From a cyanobacterium endosymbiont of Rhopalodia gibba (GTDB lineage Bacteria > Cyanobacteriota > Cyanobacteriia > Cyanobacteriales > Microcystaceae), in assembly GCA_045159875.1 (NCBI GenBank), contig CP067995.1:704001-768000 (forward strand): DNA of 64,000 nucleotides, in the 5' to 3' direction. The notes beneath the pieces were generated by a model, which saw only the letters and a list, made by a program, of their open reading frames with translations, made no database searches and was not told where the DNA came from. The translations under genes and the position numbers were made by a program. Positions 23,069-35,106 of the stretch are shown here, in pieces. Each line of letters begins with the position of its first letter. Positions within the stretch are counted from its first letter, which is position 1.

Positions 23069-24427
23069 CTATACTCTGGTTGCTCGGTTAACAGTTTGTT
23101 CAAGATCTCTAACTTTCTTTCCTCTCCATAGCAAACGGATAGGAGTTCCCGGAAAACCTAATTGCTGACGGAATTGACCTTCAATATAACGACGATAATT
23201 ATCATTAAATCGTTTCGGATCATTGACAAATAAAGCCATAGTAGGGGGTTGACTCGATACCTGAGTTCCATAATAAATTTTTCCCTGTTTTCCTTGACGA
23301 GTTGTAGGAGGAGAATGCCAACTAACTGCCTCTTGCAAAATCTCATTAACTACAGCTGTACTCACGCGACGACGATGTTCTTCAGCTGAACTTTTAACTA
23401 AACTGAGAACCTTTTTAACTCGTTGACCTGTCATTGCACTGACAAAAATAATAGGAGACCATTCCATAAAGTAGAGTCGAGAAAATACCCTTATTTTATA
23501 TTCATAAATAGTGTATGAATCTTTATCAACAGCATCCCATTTATTAACTACAATTACAGCTGCGCGGCCTTCATCGATAATTCTATCTGCTAATTTTAGG
23601 TCTTGTTCGGTTATTCCATCAATTGCATCAATCACAAATAATACAACATCAGAACGGCAAATGGCTTTAAAAGAACGATTAATACCAAAAAATTCTGCTC
23701 CATATTCAACATTCTTTTTCCGACGAATTCCTGCCGTATCAATTAACCGATAGCTTTGTCCATCCTGTTCAAATACCGTATCAATAGCATCTCTTGTCGT
23801 TCCTGAAATAGGACTAACAATCGCCCGGTTTTTTCCCAAAAAAGCATTTAAAAGACTAGATTTTCCCACATTAGGACGGCCAATAATTGCTACACTAATT
23901 TCATTAGTGTCAGTTAATTCTTCGAGAGGAGGAAGATAGGGAATTAAATCGTCTAAAAGTTCTCCTGTCCCACTACCATGAATTCCTGAGATTGGATAAG
24001 GATTTCCTAATCCTAATTCCCAAAATTGTGCTGCTTGAATAATTCCTTGTTCTACAGATTCACACTTATTGACAGCTAACAACACAGGAACGGATTGTTG
24101 ACGTAACCAACTTGCAATTTCATGATCGCCAGCCGTGGGACCAGTTTGTCCATCCACGACAAAAATAGTCGCACTTGATTCATTTAAAGCAACCATGGCT
24201 TGTTCTCGAATTAACGGCAAAAATTCCGTGTCGTCTTCGAATACTAATCCTCCTGTATCTACTACTTGAAAGTCTCGATCCTCCCAAAAACAAAGCCGAT
24301 AAGTACGGTCACGAGTAATTCCTGGCTCATCATGGACAATAGCCTGCTGATCTCCTGCTAGTCTATTAACTAGGGTTGATTTGCCTACATTAGGCCGTCC
24401 GATAATAGCAACAATAGGTAGTGGCAT
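23069..24427 (-). CDS. der: Ribosome biogenesis GTPase Der (EngA)
   Basis: Two GRPNVGKS G-domains, DTGG/DTAG, NKCE/NKWD, KH-like C-terminus. Confidence 0.97.
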   Translation of the reverse strand: MPLPIVAIIGRPNVGKSTLVNRLAGDQQAIVHDEPGITRDRTYRLCFWEDRDFQVVDTGGLVFEDDTEFLPLIREQAMVALNESSATIFVVDGQTGPTAGDHEIASWLRQQSVPVLLAVNKCESVEQGIIQAAQFWELGLGNPYPISGIHGSGTGELLDDLIPYLPPLEELTDTNEISVAIIGRPNVGKSSLLNAFLGKNRAIVSPISGTTRDAIDTVFEQDGQSYRLIDTAGIRRKKNVEYGAEFFGINRSFKAICRSDVVLFVIDAIDGITEQDLKLADRIIDEGRAAVIVVNKWDAVDKDSYTIYEYKIRVFSRLYFMEWSPIIFVSAMTGQRVKKVLSLVKSSAEEHRRRVSTAVVNEILQEAVSWHSPPTTRQGKQGKIYYGTQVSSQPPTMALFVNDPKRFNDNYRRYIEGQFRQQLGFPGTPIRLLWRGKKVRDLEQTVNRATRV

Positions 24428-24729
24428 AATTCTTCTCTCAATTCTGAACAAAAATACTACAGATTTTCTTGATTAACTAAGGTACATCTTAATTTATCTT
24501 CTATTCGGTAATTCTGTGAAGACCAGCAACTTCAAAATCAATAATATTTGCTACATACGCGGTATCTCCAATACAGAGGGTTAATTAAATAAAATAATAA
24601 ACTATAATAAGTAATTGAAGATGAGAATTATGTCTACCTAACAATAAGTTCGTACTTTAATGATACATCTAGTTTATGGTTCGATCAGTGGGTATTGTAC
24701 AATGGGGAAACCCCTCAACAATCTTTCTT

Positions 24730-25992
24730 TTATAACTTCCCATTTCCTTGAACCACATGCTTAAGGGTTGTAAATGTTTCCAGAGAAATCAAACCTCTAT
24801 GGTGTCCTTTTTGATTGGAGACTCCTAGAAATAGAGACTCTCCTTGCTTGGGATAACGAGAAAAACGAGGGGAAGCATTAATATAAACCAGGGCACTGTC
24901 AACTTCCATAGCAAATTGACGACTTTCTGGGTAAGAATCTGTCACTAGACAATCGGCATGTCCACTACTATATTGATTGATCCAGCCAATCCCTTCAGAT
25001 AAATCATTAATTATCTTAAAAGCGATAATCCTATCAAGATAGGGATTTCCCCATTCCGACGATTTAACAGGAGTAAGATAATCAGAAAACTCTGCTGATA
25101 ACTCCCCATCACCACGTAATTGGAATCCTTTTCCCCGTAGAGTGTTGAATAACCTTACTAGAATAGATGGATTGTGTAGGGGGCTAATTAAAACTTTTTC
25201 AATGGCATTAACAGGATCAGGTTCACTGGCGTGGCTATCAAGAATTACCCATCGTACTAGATTTAAATCTACTGTAGGAGACCAATAAAGATAACAATTT
25301 CCCATTGCTGACCTAAGCACAGGGGCTGTCGCTAAGCGAGTCACCTGATCGACTAAACTAGGACGGCCATAGGGCATCACTAAACTAAGATACTGATCCT
25401 GGGTTACTAAATCTTGAATGGAAGCCCCCTCATCCCCTGAAAGAACTTCCAAACACCCCCTTGGTAATTTTACTTGCTCAAGGGCAACCTGAAGAATTTC
25501 AGCAATAACGGCATTGGAGTGAGTAGACGAGCCACAACCCCGTAAAATTAAGCTGTTGCCTGTTTTTAAACAAAATCCCGCCGTTATTGCCCCCAATTCA
25601 GGAAAGGTTTCGTAAATTAAAGTAATGACTCCTAAAGGCATCAATTGACAATAGGTCTGGGATGCACTCAGGGGATAGGGTGCGTGAAAGACTCGTCGAA
25701 TTGGGTCGGGGACTTCAGCTAAACGCTCTAAAATAGAGACTACCTGATGAAGTCGTTCAGGGGTCAATTTGAGCCAATCAATTAAAAGATCAGGAACTGC
25801 CATTTCCCTGCTCATTTCAAGATCAAGTGTATTAGCCTCTAAAATGTCATCGAAGGCCTGGTTGATTCCTTGAGCCATAGCACGGATGCCTTGGCTACGA
25901 TGAATGCTATCACTTGTTTCCAGGGCAAGAAAAGCATTATAAGCCCGTTGAACAGATGTCAGAAGTACGTTAGGAGAGCTTTCTATTGCCAT
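24730..25992 (-). CDS. Gamma-glutamyl phosphate reductase-like protein (cyanobacterial ProA paralogue)
   Basis: MPLGVITLIYE, LKTGNSLILRG, INQYSSGHAD, VDSALVYINASPRF; has VNAIE where canonical ProA has CNALE. Confidence 0.85.
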   Translation of the reverse strand: MAIESSPNVLLTSVQRAYNAFLALETSDSIHRSQGIRAMAQGINQAFDDILEANTLDLEMSREMAVPDLLIDWLKLTPERLHQVVSILERLAEVPDPIRRVFHAPYPLSASQTYCQLMPLGVITLIYETFPELGAITAGFCLKTGNSLILRGCGSSTHSNAVIAEILQVALEQVKLPRGCLEVLSGDEGASIQDLVTQDQYLSLVMPYGRPSLVDQVTRLATAPVLRSAMGNCYLYWSPTVDLNLVRWVILDSHASEPDPVNAIEKVLISPLHNPSILVRLFNTLRGKGFQLRGDGELSAEFSDYLTPVKSSEWGNPYLDRIIAFKIINDLSEGIGWINQYSSGHADCLVTDSYPESRQFAMEVDSALVYINASPRFSRYPKQGESLFLGVSNQKGHHRGLISLETFTTLKHVVQGNGKL

Positions 25993-26002
25993 AGAGTTTG
26001 CA

Positions 26003-26242
26003 TCAACGCCGATAGGCTAACAAAAAAATTATTGCCGATAACGTTACTAATAGTCTCATAAGAACAACCCAGATTACCATAACGCCAAGATCGCCAATAC
26101 GGACAGCTCGACGACAGCCGTTCAATAATTTATCTATTTTCTTTGAAAACGAATATCTGCTGACACCGATAACAGCTGAAAGACTTGGTAAGAACAATCG
26201 GAAAGAGAGGGTCTCGCTGCCGACATAAACAGGGATAGTCAT
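26003..26242 (-). CDS. Small hypothetical membrane protein directly upstream of the proA-like gene
   Basis: ATG start, hydrophobic C-terminus, stop 10 bp before the next start; no recognised family. Confidence 0.4.
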   Translation of the reverse strand: MTIPVYVGSETLSFRLFLPSLSAVIGVSRYSFSKKIDKLLNGCRRAVRIGDLGVMVIWVVLMRLLVTLSAIIFLLAYRR

Positions 26243-26453
26243 TACTTAAATCAAATTTCGTAGACTCTTGAGGTCGCACAAGCGCCAAAATTTACGCCAT
26301 GTACACATAGTACAGTCCCCAATTCTTGGACATTAACACCAAATCTCCACTTAATCAACCCCTTTACTCCCTTTCTCTCTTATGGCTATCACTAATCTTA
26401 GAAGGACAGTAGTCGTTGAGTTTTGTCTTGAGTGTTTTTATCAGACCTCCCAA

Positions 26454-26525
26454 AGCGGGTAACGCGATTCGAACGCGCGACATTCACCTTGGCAAGGTGA
26501 CGCTCTACCGCTGAGCTATACCCGC
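26454..26525 (-). tRNA. tRNA-Gly(GCC)
   Basis: Reverse complement GCGGGTATAGCTCAGCGGTAGAGCGTCACCTTGCCAAGGTGAATGTCGCGCGTTCGAATCGCGTTACCCGCT. Confidence 0.97.
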
Positions 26526-27001
26526 AACTTCTTCCGTCAGACTATTATTGTCTCATAAACCTTAGCAAATTGTCAACTCTTTTGAACTGCTTTTATTTAG
26601 GCTCCTGAAAACTACATCCCATAGCTCAAGAGCGTAAAATATAGTTAGTTTATAGTTTTCTTCAATAAAGTAGGAGCAAGGATAAATATGTTGTTGTATT
26701 ATGACTTTTAGTGATAATTTGCGTAAAATTTTTTTTGATTTTTTTTACTTATAACTTTCTCTAATTCTGTATTTGAGAATGGCTATTAAATTCTTTTTTA
26801 GACATTTTCTACAGTAGACAAGCCTTACCCAGTTGAACTCAACAAAGGACAATAGTATGTTTAATTGTGTGTGTGTGGGGTAATTAGAGCGACTAAACAC
26901 TTTAATAACACTTCAGTTTACTCTCGGTTGGTCATGGAATCCTGTTCTGTTGACTCGTGATAGTATCAAGATGTCGTAGTGATTGGCTGGAGGGATCCTA
27001 T

Positions 27002-27193
27002 ATGGGAGTCTGGATGATAACAGTTTGTGTTCTTTTTGTTCTTGTCCGATTATTTCATTGGTTTCAGGGGTTTATGCTTCCTTTTCCTTTTTATCTTTTA
27101 GCTGGAGCTTTTTTAGCGATCGCTTCCAATTACGAAAAGGGACTGGGTAAATTGCTTAAACAGATTCACACAACATCTGACTCTTCTGAGTAA
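27002..27193 (+). CDS. Small conserved cyanobacterial membrane protein
   Basis: MGVW..LFHWFQGFMLPFPFYLLAGAFLAIASNY pattern; upstream ggaggg RBS. Confidence 0.7.
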   Translation: MGVWMITVCVLFVLVRLFHWFQGFMLPFPFYLLAGAFLAIASNYEKGLGKLLKQIHTTSDSSE

Positions 27194-27403
27194 TATTAGC
27201 TCGAGTTATTATTAACACGGACTTAAAAGTCAGGAGGTGAGGTTTGACGAAGAAATTAACTCTAAAAGTTATAAAAAGGAATAGCAATTGGGCTTAAGAT
27301 AAAATTTTGACTAACTAGGATGGGTGGCTGGGTATCGTCCGCCTCCCGTCCGCCAGCCATTGTTATGAAGGGTCTGCTGGGCTGTCTCTGAAATCAAGTG
27401 AAA

Positions 27404-28402
27404 TTATACCTGAATGGGAACCCCGACAGTAGCGGTTATTTTTTCGTAAATTTCTCTCATTTTAAGTCCTACTAACACTTGGAACAAACCTGTTCCGTTA
27501 TTAGAACCAGGATAATTTTTATGGTGAAGTAACAATTCTGTCATTTCACCATAATAACTTGTCCCAGTTTTGCTGAGATGGCTTTCGATATAAATCATTT
27601 CTTCGAGATTATCAAATTGACCATCTAATTCTAAGATAGAAACTTCACTTCCCATAAAATTATCGGGTCCATAGTACATCCTAATCCCTGGATAGGCACA
27701 AGTGAGTTTACGACCACAGGGTCGCCAATCAACAGTAGATCCTTCATCAAACAAATAGGCAGGTTCGAAATAAGCGATCTCTTCTTTTTGGATCAAACGT
27801 ACCCGTAAAAGCTTACTTTCATGATCTTCAAGTAGTTGAGTCGGTAAAACCTGAATAACGACATCCGCGTATTGTTTCTGGGGGTCAATATAAGCGTTAA
27901 AATCTGGCTTTCTAGCGTTAATAGAGGCTATTACATCTTCGTAGGTGTGACCCCGTTCAGCCATATCGCGCTGAATTTTCCAATTAATTTTAACTTCATT
28001 TCCAATATCAAGATAGACACTAAAGTCAATTAACTCACGAACTCGCTGGTCATAAAGAGGATGTAAACCTTCAATGACAACCACTCTATTGGGTTCTACC
28101 CATTCTGGTGGATCAATTATTCCAGTTTCATGATTGTAAATTGGTTTATCAATGCCTTTGCCTGACTTAAGAGTTGTAATTTGCTCATGCATTAGGTCAA
28201 AGTTATTAGCCTTAGGATTTAAGGCTGTTACTCCGGCTTTTTTTCTCCCTTGACGATCAAGACTATGGTAGTCATCTAGACAGATGACTGTCATAAATTC
28301 CGCACCAAATAAATCTGTTAAGCGACGCAAAAAAGTTGACTTACCGCAACCGGAATCTCCGCCGACCCCAATAAGAACCACACGATCTGGCTGAGTGTAC
28401 AT
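27404..28402 (-). CDS. prk: Phosphoribulokinase
   Basis: GDSGCGKST, ICLDDYHSLDR, EGLHP, KIQRDMAERGH, PCGRKLTC; ATG at 28402 with a ggggga RBS. Confidence 0.97.
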   Translation of the reverse strand: MYTQPDRVVLIGVGGDSGCGKSTFLRRLTDLFGAEFMTVICLDDYHSLDRQGRKKAGVTALNPKANNFDLMHEQITTLKSGKGIDKPIYNHETGIIDPPEWVEPNRVVVIEGLHPLYDQRVRELIDFSVYLDIGNEVKINWKIQRDMAERGHTYEDVIASINARKPDFNAYIDPQKQYADVVIQVLPTQLLEDHESKLLRVRLIQKEEIAYFEPAYLFDEGSTVDWRPCGRKLTCAYPGIRMYYGPDNFMGSEVSILELDGQFDNLEEMIYIESHLSKTGTSYYGEMTELLLHHKNYPGSNNGTGLFQVLVGLKMREIYEKITATVGVPIQV

Positions 28403-28502
28403 AATTCCCCCTAAATGCAAAACACCAATTGTTAACTTGGCTTCTTTTCCATGTAATCTAAATATTCCAAACAGTGAAGCTTTAACCTGTAAACTTCGGA
28501 CT

Positions 28503-28546
28503 AATCCCTTGGATATCGGTTGATCATAACCGATATCCAAGGGATT
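28503..28546. repeat. Perfect inverted repeat, 19-bp arms, in the prk upstream region
   Basis: aatcccttggatatcggtt-gatcat-aaccgatatccaagggatt. Confidence 0.9.
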
Positions 28547-29113
28547 GGTCCAATAGAAAGGATTGATCCCACAAAACCCTAATAAATTTGAGTAGGTTTA
28601 AGTATATAGTGGTGAACTACCGAACATTAAATTTTATGATTCCAACATTGGTCTCCAACCTAAAAGTCTGCTTGCTGTGTAAAAAGACATAACAAGTCTT
28701 ACGGTCCGACAATAGGCTGCCCTTCGTTCTAATAGCATAAACAAGGTGTGATCAAAACTTGATATCTATTTAGGTTGGTTTTATCTATCTATTTGCCGTG
28801 TCAGAATGCCTGAATTGTATCATAAGCAAATCCCAATCTTTTGTGTTGACAGTAACTTTTTAAAGCTTAAGAGTTTCTTAGGAGAGAACTAAATACAGAC
28901 TATGAATCCTACCAAAATCATATTCTTCTTTATAAGACTGATTTTCCTAAAAACTATTCTTGATCTGTTTAGAGAGCAATATCTAATTAAAGTTAGATAT
29001 AATTTTAGTTGAAGTTTAAATAGCATATTTAAAACTTGTTAAGTTCAAAGTTAAATTATTATTTTTTAAGCATTATCTACTATGATATCTTTATAAGATT
29101 TTTTCATAAAAAG

Positions 29114-29149
29114 ACAAATTAAATAACAACAAGTTGTTATTTAATTTGT
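29114..29149. repeat. Perfect inverted repeat, 17-bp arms
   Basis: acaaattaaataacaac-aa-gttgttatttaatttgt. Confidence 0.9.
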
Positions 29150-29642
29150 TGTCTGAAACTTAATATTATTTTTTACTATAAGATTGGTATTTCAACATTA
29201 CTATAGTAATGATTGATGATTCTAATTAAAATGAAAAAAATTTTATAAATATTTAAATTATTGTTGAAACTGCTCACAAAAATAATATATTAAGACATCA
29301 ATGATTAAACCATTTAAATTAGTGGACTATGGAAATTTGTAAATTTATATTATTGATATAAGCTTAGTTAATTTATAAAATTCGTTTGTCCATTCGACAC
29401 AATATAGGCTAAAATTAGCCATACAATAACAGCAACAGTCATAGAATAGTATTTAACCATATAAAGTCTGAAAACATAGAATAATAAATAGAAGTTTAAA
29501 TTAAATTGTTCTAGTATTCTAGAAATTACAGTGATTAAGCAAATCGGTAATAGCGTTTTTACAAGGACTGAGATCTAGCTCAGAATCTATATGGAAATTT
29601 TTTCTACCGATAGGATATTTAACGTGTTTTATTGCGCATTTT

Positions 29643-30566
29643 CTAAGAAATTTCAGTTCCAAAACTAATTTCGGGGGACTGATAATCCAGGGGTTCTATA
29701 TGAATCACCACTCGTACTGGACTAAAACGTTCTTCTAATCTCTCTTCTACTATCTCTGTAATATAATGAGAACCTTCCACATCTGGAGAATTTACCACTA
29801 AATGCATTTCAATAAATACTTGTCTTCCTAAGAGTCCCCTCGAAGCAATATCATGACAATTGAGTACCCCAGGAACTCCCATCACAACTTCATGGATCGC
29901 TTCAGGAGCGATTACCATGACATCTACTAGCCAAGGCACATTGCTTCGTAACACCTGCCAACCACTGATAAACACCAAAAAGGCGACGGGAAAAGCTAAT
30001 ATAGCATCTAGCCACTGAAGTTGCGGTAAATTCAATTGTCTTGCCTGCCAAATTCCGATTAATCCTCCTAGCACCATAATTGTCACCCAAATATCGCTCA
30101 TGGTATGATAAGCGTCCGCCACTAAAATCGGACTGTTTAATCGTTTTCCCACACGACGTTCATAAAAAGCGACAAAAATGTTAACGCCTAAAACGATTAA
30201 CAAAATCCATATTTGCGCTCCAGAGACCCTAACTTCTTGACCACCGTAATAGATTCTTTGAATTGTACCTTGAAGAATTTCAAAACAGGCGATGCCTAAA
30301 AAAGCTACAATTCCCAAGGTAGCGACTCCTTCATATTTCTGACGTCCGTAAGGGTGATGGCGATTAGGTTGAGGAGAAGACAAACTGTTGGCAATTAACC
30401 CCAAAATATTGTTGGCACTATCTGTAATGCTATGAATGGCATCCGCTTGTAAACTTAAAGAACCAGTTATAATGCCTACTGTAGCCTTTAACCCCACCAC
30501 AAACAGATTGAGAAACAGGGTGATGAGTAAGACCTGACGAACTTGAGAATGGTTATCTTGTACCAC
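29643..30566 (-). CDS. Cation diffusion facilitator family transporter (FieF-like); probable GTG start at 30566
   Basis: SLSLQADAIHSITD, HPYG, ADAYHTMSD, C-terminal IHIEP. Confidence 0.9.
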   Translation of the reverse strand: MVQDNHSQVRQVLLITLFLNLFVVGLKATVGIITGSLSLQADAIHSITDSANNILGLIANSLSSPQPNRHHPYGRQKYEGVATLGIVAFLGIACFEILQGTIQRIYYGGQEVRVSGAQIWILLIVLGVNIFVAFYERRVGKRLNSPILVADAYHTMSDIWVTIMVLGGLIGIWQARQLNLPQLQWLDAILAFPVAFLVFISGWQVLRSNVPWLVDVMVIAPEAIHEVVMGVPGVLNCHDIASRGLLGRQVFIEMHLVVNSPDVEGSHYITEIVEERLEERFSPVRVVIHIEPLDYQSPEISFGTEIS

Positions 30567-31163
30567 GGAGGTTAAATAAAGTCTCCAAGTCTTTGAGTCA
30601 GAGGTTTCTGACCTTTGTTCAGTTTTATTATACTGAGATTTTGCACTTCCTTGAAAACTAGCTAAAGAACAGAGACAATACTTCAACGAGCTCGATAACT
30701 AAGCGAGAATTGACACACCTTCGTGTAAAACTTAACTGTAATAGAATATCTTTCTAAAAGATATTCGGAGGACTTACTACTTTTTACTAAGTTTTCCCCT
30801 TCAAAGTTTCATAACACATCGGAGCGATTATATCTGAACTAACGCCAACGCGTTTTCAATTACTTTGTCTTTACGTTTTAAGGGAAAACTTTACAATTTC
30901 TAACTACCATTCTAATAATTAGAAAGCTGTTTATTTTTCTTTATATAAACGTTTTTATAATCTTTATTGTGCTTTTTTATTTTGAATATATTTTTCTGAG
31001 TTTTAAGTAAATCCTGTGGACTACAACCACTAATAATTACTAGGAATAAAGTTACAATTGAAGAAGTTAAGGGACATAATGATTATTCAACAATTAAACT
31101 CTGTATTTTGCCGATTAATCCTAAAATACCGATTGATTTTTCCAACCCACCCTAAAATTTTGA

Positions 31164-32081
31164 CTAACTTTGATCGTACACTTGGAGCGCTTCTCTGAGG
31201 TTTCCTTGATGGCTATCTAATAACTGTTGTCCTTGTTGAACATCTAGTGCTTTCCAGTGCATTAATAAGGCTAATTTAACCCATCTTCCACTCCTTTCTA
31301 GTAAAATTTCTGCTTCTTCACGATTTAATCCTGTGAGATCTTCTAACATTCTGAGAGCGCGATCATGGAGTTTTCGATTGGTCACTGAAACATCCACCAT
31401 ACGATTCCCATAAACCTTCCCAAGACGTACCATCACTCCTGTAGACAGAATATTTAAGGCCATCTTGGTGACCGTTCCGGCTTTCAGACGAGTGGAACCA
31501 GCTAAAACCTCTGGACCGGTGAGCAAACGAATATCAATATCAACAATTATAGGGACTTGTTCGGCAGGAACGCAAGTCACGGAAATAGTGGTGGCGCCAC
31601 ACTTTTTGGCCGCTTCTAGCGCACCGTGAACAAAAGGGGTGGTTCCTCCAGCACTAATTCCCACAATCACATCTTTATCTACAATCTGGTGTTGGATGAT
31701 CGCAGAAGCTCCATCTTCTTTACGATCTTCGAGATTTTCTGAACTTCTCACCAATGCAGCAGCTCCTCCGGCAATAATTCCCTGTACTAAGTCAGGATGG
31801 GTACAGAATGTGGGGGGACATTCGGCCGCATCCAAAACTCCTAACCTTCCACTAGTTCCTGCTCCAACGTAAAATAATCGTCCTCCTCGACCTAAAGATT
31901 TTGCACTCACTTCAATGGCTTGAGCTAATTCTAGTCTTGCTTGAGCAATGGCTTTGAGAGTTTTAGCATCCTCTCGATTAAACAGATCTACCAACTCTAC
32001 AGGACTTAACTGGTCTAAATTGCGACTATTGGGGTTAATCTGTTCGGTTAATAGATGGTCTCGTTTTTCTAAATGATCCAT
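31164..32081 (-). CDS. murQ: N-acetylmuramic acid 6-phosphate etherase
   Basis: GAGTSGRLGVLDAAECPPTF, GPEVLAGSTRLKAGT, GKVYGNRMVD. Confidence 0.97.
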   Translation of the reverse strand: MDHLEKRDHLLTEQINPNSRNLDQLSPVELVDLFNREDAKTLKAIAQARLELAQAIEVSAKSLGRGGRLFYVGAGTSGRLGVLDAAECPPTFCTHPDLVQGIIAGGAAALVRSSENLEDRKEDGASAIIQHQIVDKDVIVGISAGGTTPFVHGALEAAKKCGATTISVTCVPAEQVPIIVDIDIRLLTGPEVLAGSTRLKAGTVTKMALNILSTGVMVRLGKVYGNRMVDVSVTNRKLHDRALRMLEDLTGLNREEAEILLERSGRWVKLALLMHWKALDVQQGQQLLDSHQGNLREALQVYDQS

Positions 32082-32088
32082 AAATTTG

Positions 32089-32478
32089 TTATATTAACCC
32101 TTCTAGTTGGCGACGAATGCGGTCCAGTTCGTCAGAAGACATATTATCATCAGTTGTTTTTGGCAGATCGTTTTTTTGGGGGATTTTTTCATTTTCCCAA
32201 TCAGTGTCTAGATTTGTTTCCGGAGGAATGGCTAACATTCCTTTTTTAATTAATTCATAATCATAATCTGCTTTTCGACAGAACTCTTCCACTTCTTCTG
32301 AGTCTAAAGATTCGATAGATGGGGAGGGGAAATCTTGAGCTTCGAGTAGCAAGGCATAGCGGGTAGCATCGTCTTCCGACTCAAACATCAAAACTTTGGT
32401 ACGATCACCCATTTGAACGGTATGAATTCCTTCGTTTTCGGTACGAGCATTGTACAGTAGAACATACACTTTAGTCAT
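32089..32478 (-). CDS. DUF3110-family protein
   Basis: VYVLLYNARTENEGIH, FESEDDATRYALLLEAQDF, RRQLEGL; RBS aaggagg. Confidence 0.85.
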   Translation of the reverse strand: MTKVYVLLYNARTENEGIHTVQMGDRTKVLMFESEDDATRYALLLEAQDFPSPSIESLDSEEVEEFCRKADYDYELIKKGMLAIPPETNLDTDWENEKIPQKNDLPKTTDDNMSSDELDRIRRQLEGLI

Positions 32479-34655
32479 ACAAACTCCTCCTTCTTTCAAT
32501 ACATTAATGGCAGATTCAAGCCTGATTCTACAACAACTTAGTTCCTGTTGCTGACTCAATGTTAATTTATGGATTTAAACTGAGTTTATCCCATTAAATG
32601 CTTTAGCTCTAAGTCTTTAGACTCTTAAGAGTTTGTTCATTCTTGTACTAAGGTTTAATTTTTTCTAATTTTCAGTACTTTTTACTAAGTTAATTATTTT
32701 TGCTATCAACTGAAGAAAGTTAGCATATAAATTTTTATCTATGTTCATAGAATATCTTGTAAATATTAAATAATTTTTTTAAAAAAAATTTATAAAATTA
32801 TTGATTTAGAGGATATAGTTTGAAAAAAGTTTCTCTTAACAAAGAAGTTATTATTTTTTATATAATTGAATTTACTTAATAAGATTTTATCAAAAGACTA
32901 TTGATTGCTATTTTTAAAATTTAGTTATTTAAATTTAATCTTAAAGATTTAAGTTAAAATTACAGATTAATAAATTATACTATAAATTGTAATAACAGGC
33001 AAAAAAATGACAATACAAATTACTTATAAAGAACGTATTATTATTTCGCTAAACATCGTCACGCTTTAGTCATCAATACTAAAGATAATCTCATATTCAC
33101 ACTTACAAAAAGAACTATCAGTATTAGAATTAAGTCCAAAGCTTTAACTTAACACTCAATAAATAGTAATATTTTTAGCTGAAAATTAGAGTTTAATTAC
33201 CTGATTAATCAAATAACGTAATTAAAAGTTAAAAATCAAGAGTTATATCTTTGATACTCATACTGTCATTGCATCATTTAATAAAAAATTAGGACGTAAT
33301 TTATTAGTCTTCCGTTAAGCAGTTGTTAAACTCCAGGAAAAAAAATTGCTAGATTCTGAAATTAATTTAGTTTTTTATCTAAATCTTAATGTGATTACTT
33401 TCGATGATAAATCAGTTTTATCTTATGTCCTCTCGCTTTTTACTTAGGTTGATCTTGAGATAATAGGACTTATTTAGAACTAGCCCAACAATTAAACTAT
33501 ACTGCTTTTATAGCAAATAAAGCTTGAGAGAAATTAAATATCGAGATTTCTATTGGAGTTATCTGTTAATTGTAAAACCTCTTAAATATATTTAAAAAAT
33601 TCGATAAAGTTTTATTTGCTATGGGATGCTCCCCATAACAATTTTGAATTTCTGATTTACAATCACTTTGTTACTGTCATTTGCCTATCAACTTTTTACA
33701 TCCTGACTTCTACCAAAAGGACTAAAAGTAATACGACATTTAATATCTTTTTCTCTACAGATTTTCACATTTACCATCATATTTTAAAATATAGGGACAG
33801 AGTTTAATTATCAGTATTAGCTTTATCAAAAGTTCTAGTTAATAGATAAATACTACTACAGCAAGTTTTGTTTGTAAATTAAATCATATTAAACTAGAAA
33901 TTCTAACTGAGCTTATATCCATAGCATAGAATACTTTACTCGGTTAAATAAATTAAATTGTAAATTCGCATCAAAAAAGTAGACAGAACAGCAACTCTTA
34001 TTTATTCTAGTTCAACCCCCAGAAAACTACATCAAAATAATAAATCAACTATTAGCAATTTGTCTTGAGCAGAACAACCCATCTATAATAATATTATTCG
34101 TCTTCAAATGAGATGGAATTAATGTGAATCAAGTTTACAGAATAATTAAATATTTTTTTATATTAATTCCCTATTTTTTTTTCAATAATTAAAATTTTAA
34201 CTGTAATAAAAAATGGAGTGGCTGAACAAAACATATAAATAATTATCAAGGAATTTAGATAAACAATTAAGAATAAAAATCTTAAATCTTAAAAAAAAAG
34301 TAATCAATAAAAATGCTGTCATTAAAGGAAAAAAAATTATTATGTAGTGTAAGTTAGTTTATCTAAAAGGGGTTAGTGGAGAAACAATAGAAACAGGAAC
34401 ATCTAAATAAATCATCGAATAGCTAGAAACTTGATAAAAAAATATCCCAAAACTAAATAGATTGCTCTAGATATTATAAAGTTTTTAAAAAAATATCAAT
34501 TAATTAACACTTCAGACTGAAGCAGAAACAGATATGTTTTTTTGATAAGATCAGTTAACGTTCAATTAGCTTATCAAATAAGAATCCTTACACGAGAGGT
34601 TAAACAGGTCAAAAGTCCTGGTCAAAAAATATTTTAGATTAACGCGAGGGTAAAT

Positions 34656-34694
34656 ATTTTAAACTTAAATATTATTGATTTTTAAGTTTAAAAT
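34656..34694. repeat. Inverted repeat, 14-bp arms
   Basis: attttaaacttaaa-(11 nt)-tttaagtttaaaat. Confidence 0.65.
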
Positions 34695-35106
34695 GAAAGC
34701 AAAATTCAATAAGATATATCAATTTTTACTAATTTAAAAAAAATCAGAACAATTATTGATAAAAATTTAAATTAAGCATCGTGTATCACTAAAACTAGCT
34801 GATTTGCATAAAAATACTATTTATTGTCCTGAAAAATATGTGGACAATTAGTTCTTAGACTTAAAAAAGTGATTGCATATTTTTACTGAATAACTGTGGA
34901 AAGTGTTAACAGTCATTTAATTTTTTCAAAGACTTATGGTTTTAGTAAACTTATCAATTTTTAACAACTTTGGAGTTAAGATTTGCATTTTATTGACTAA
35001 TTTTATTTAGAGCAATAACTATTAAGGACTCAATGTTTATTTTCGAAATAAACTAATTGTTTAATTAATTAAGCCTGACTTTTATATTCTTTTTAAAGAA
35101 CCGAAT

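Noticed and set aside
28403..28540. 46-aa N-terminal extension of PRK in the ORF track
   Set aside because: A better ATG with RBS exists at 28402; the extension starts inside the upstream hairpin
32600..35100. 2.5 kb AT-rich tract including ORF 33616..33807, with a faint WD40-like FSP.G fragment
   Set aside because: Too degraded to assign; probably old pseudogene debris
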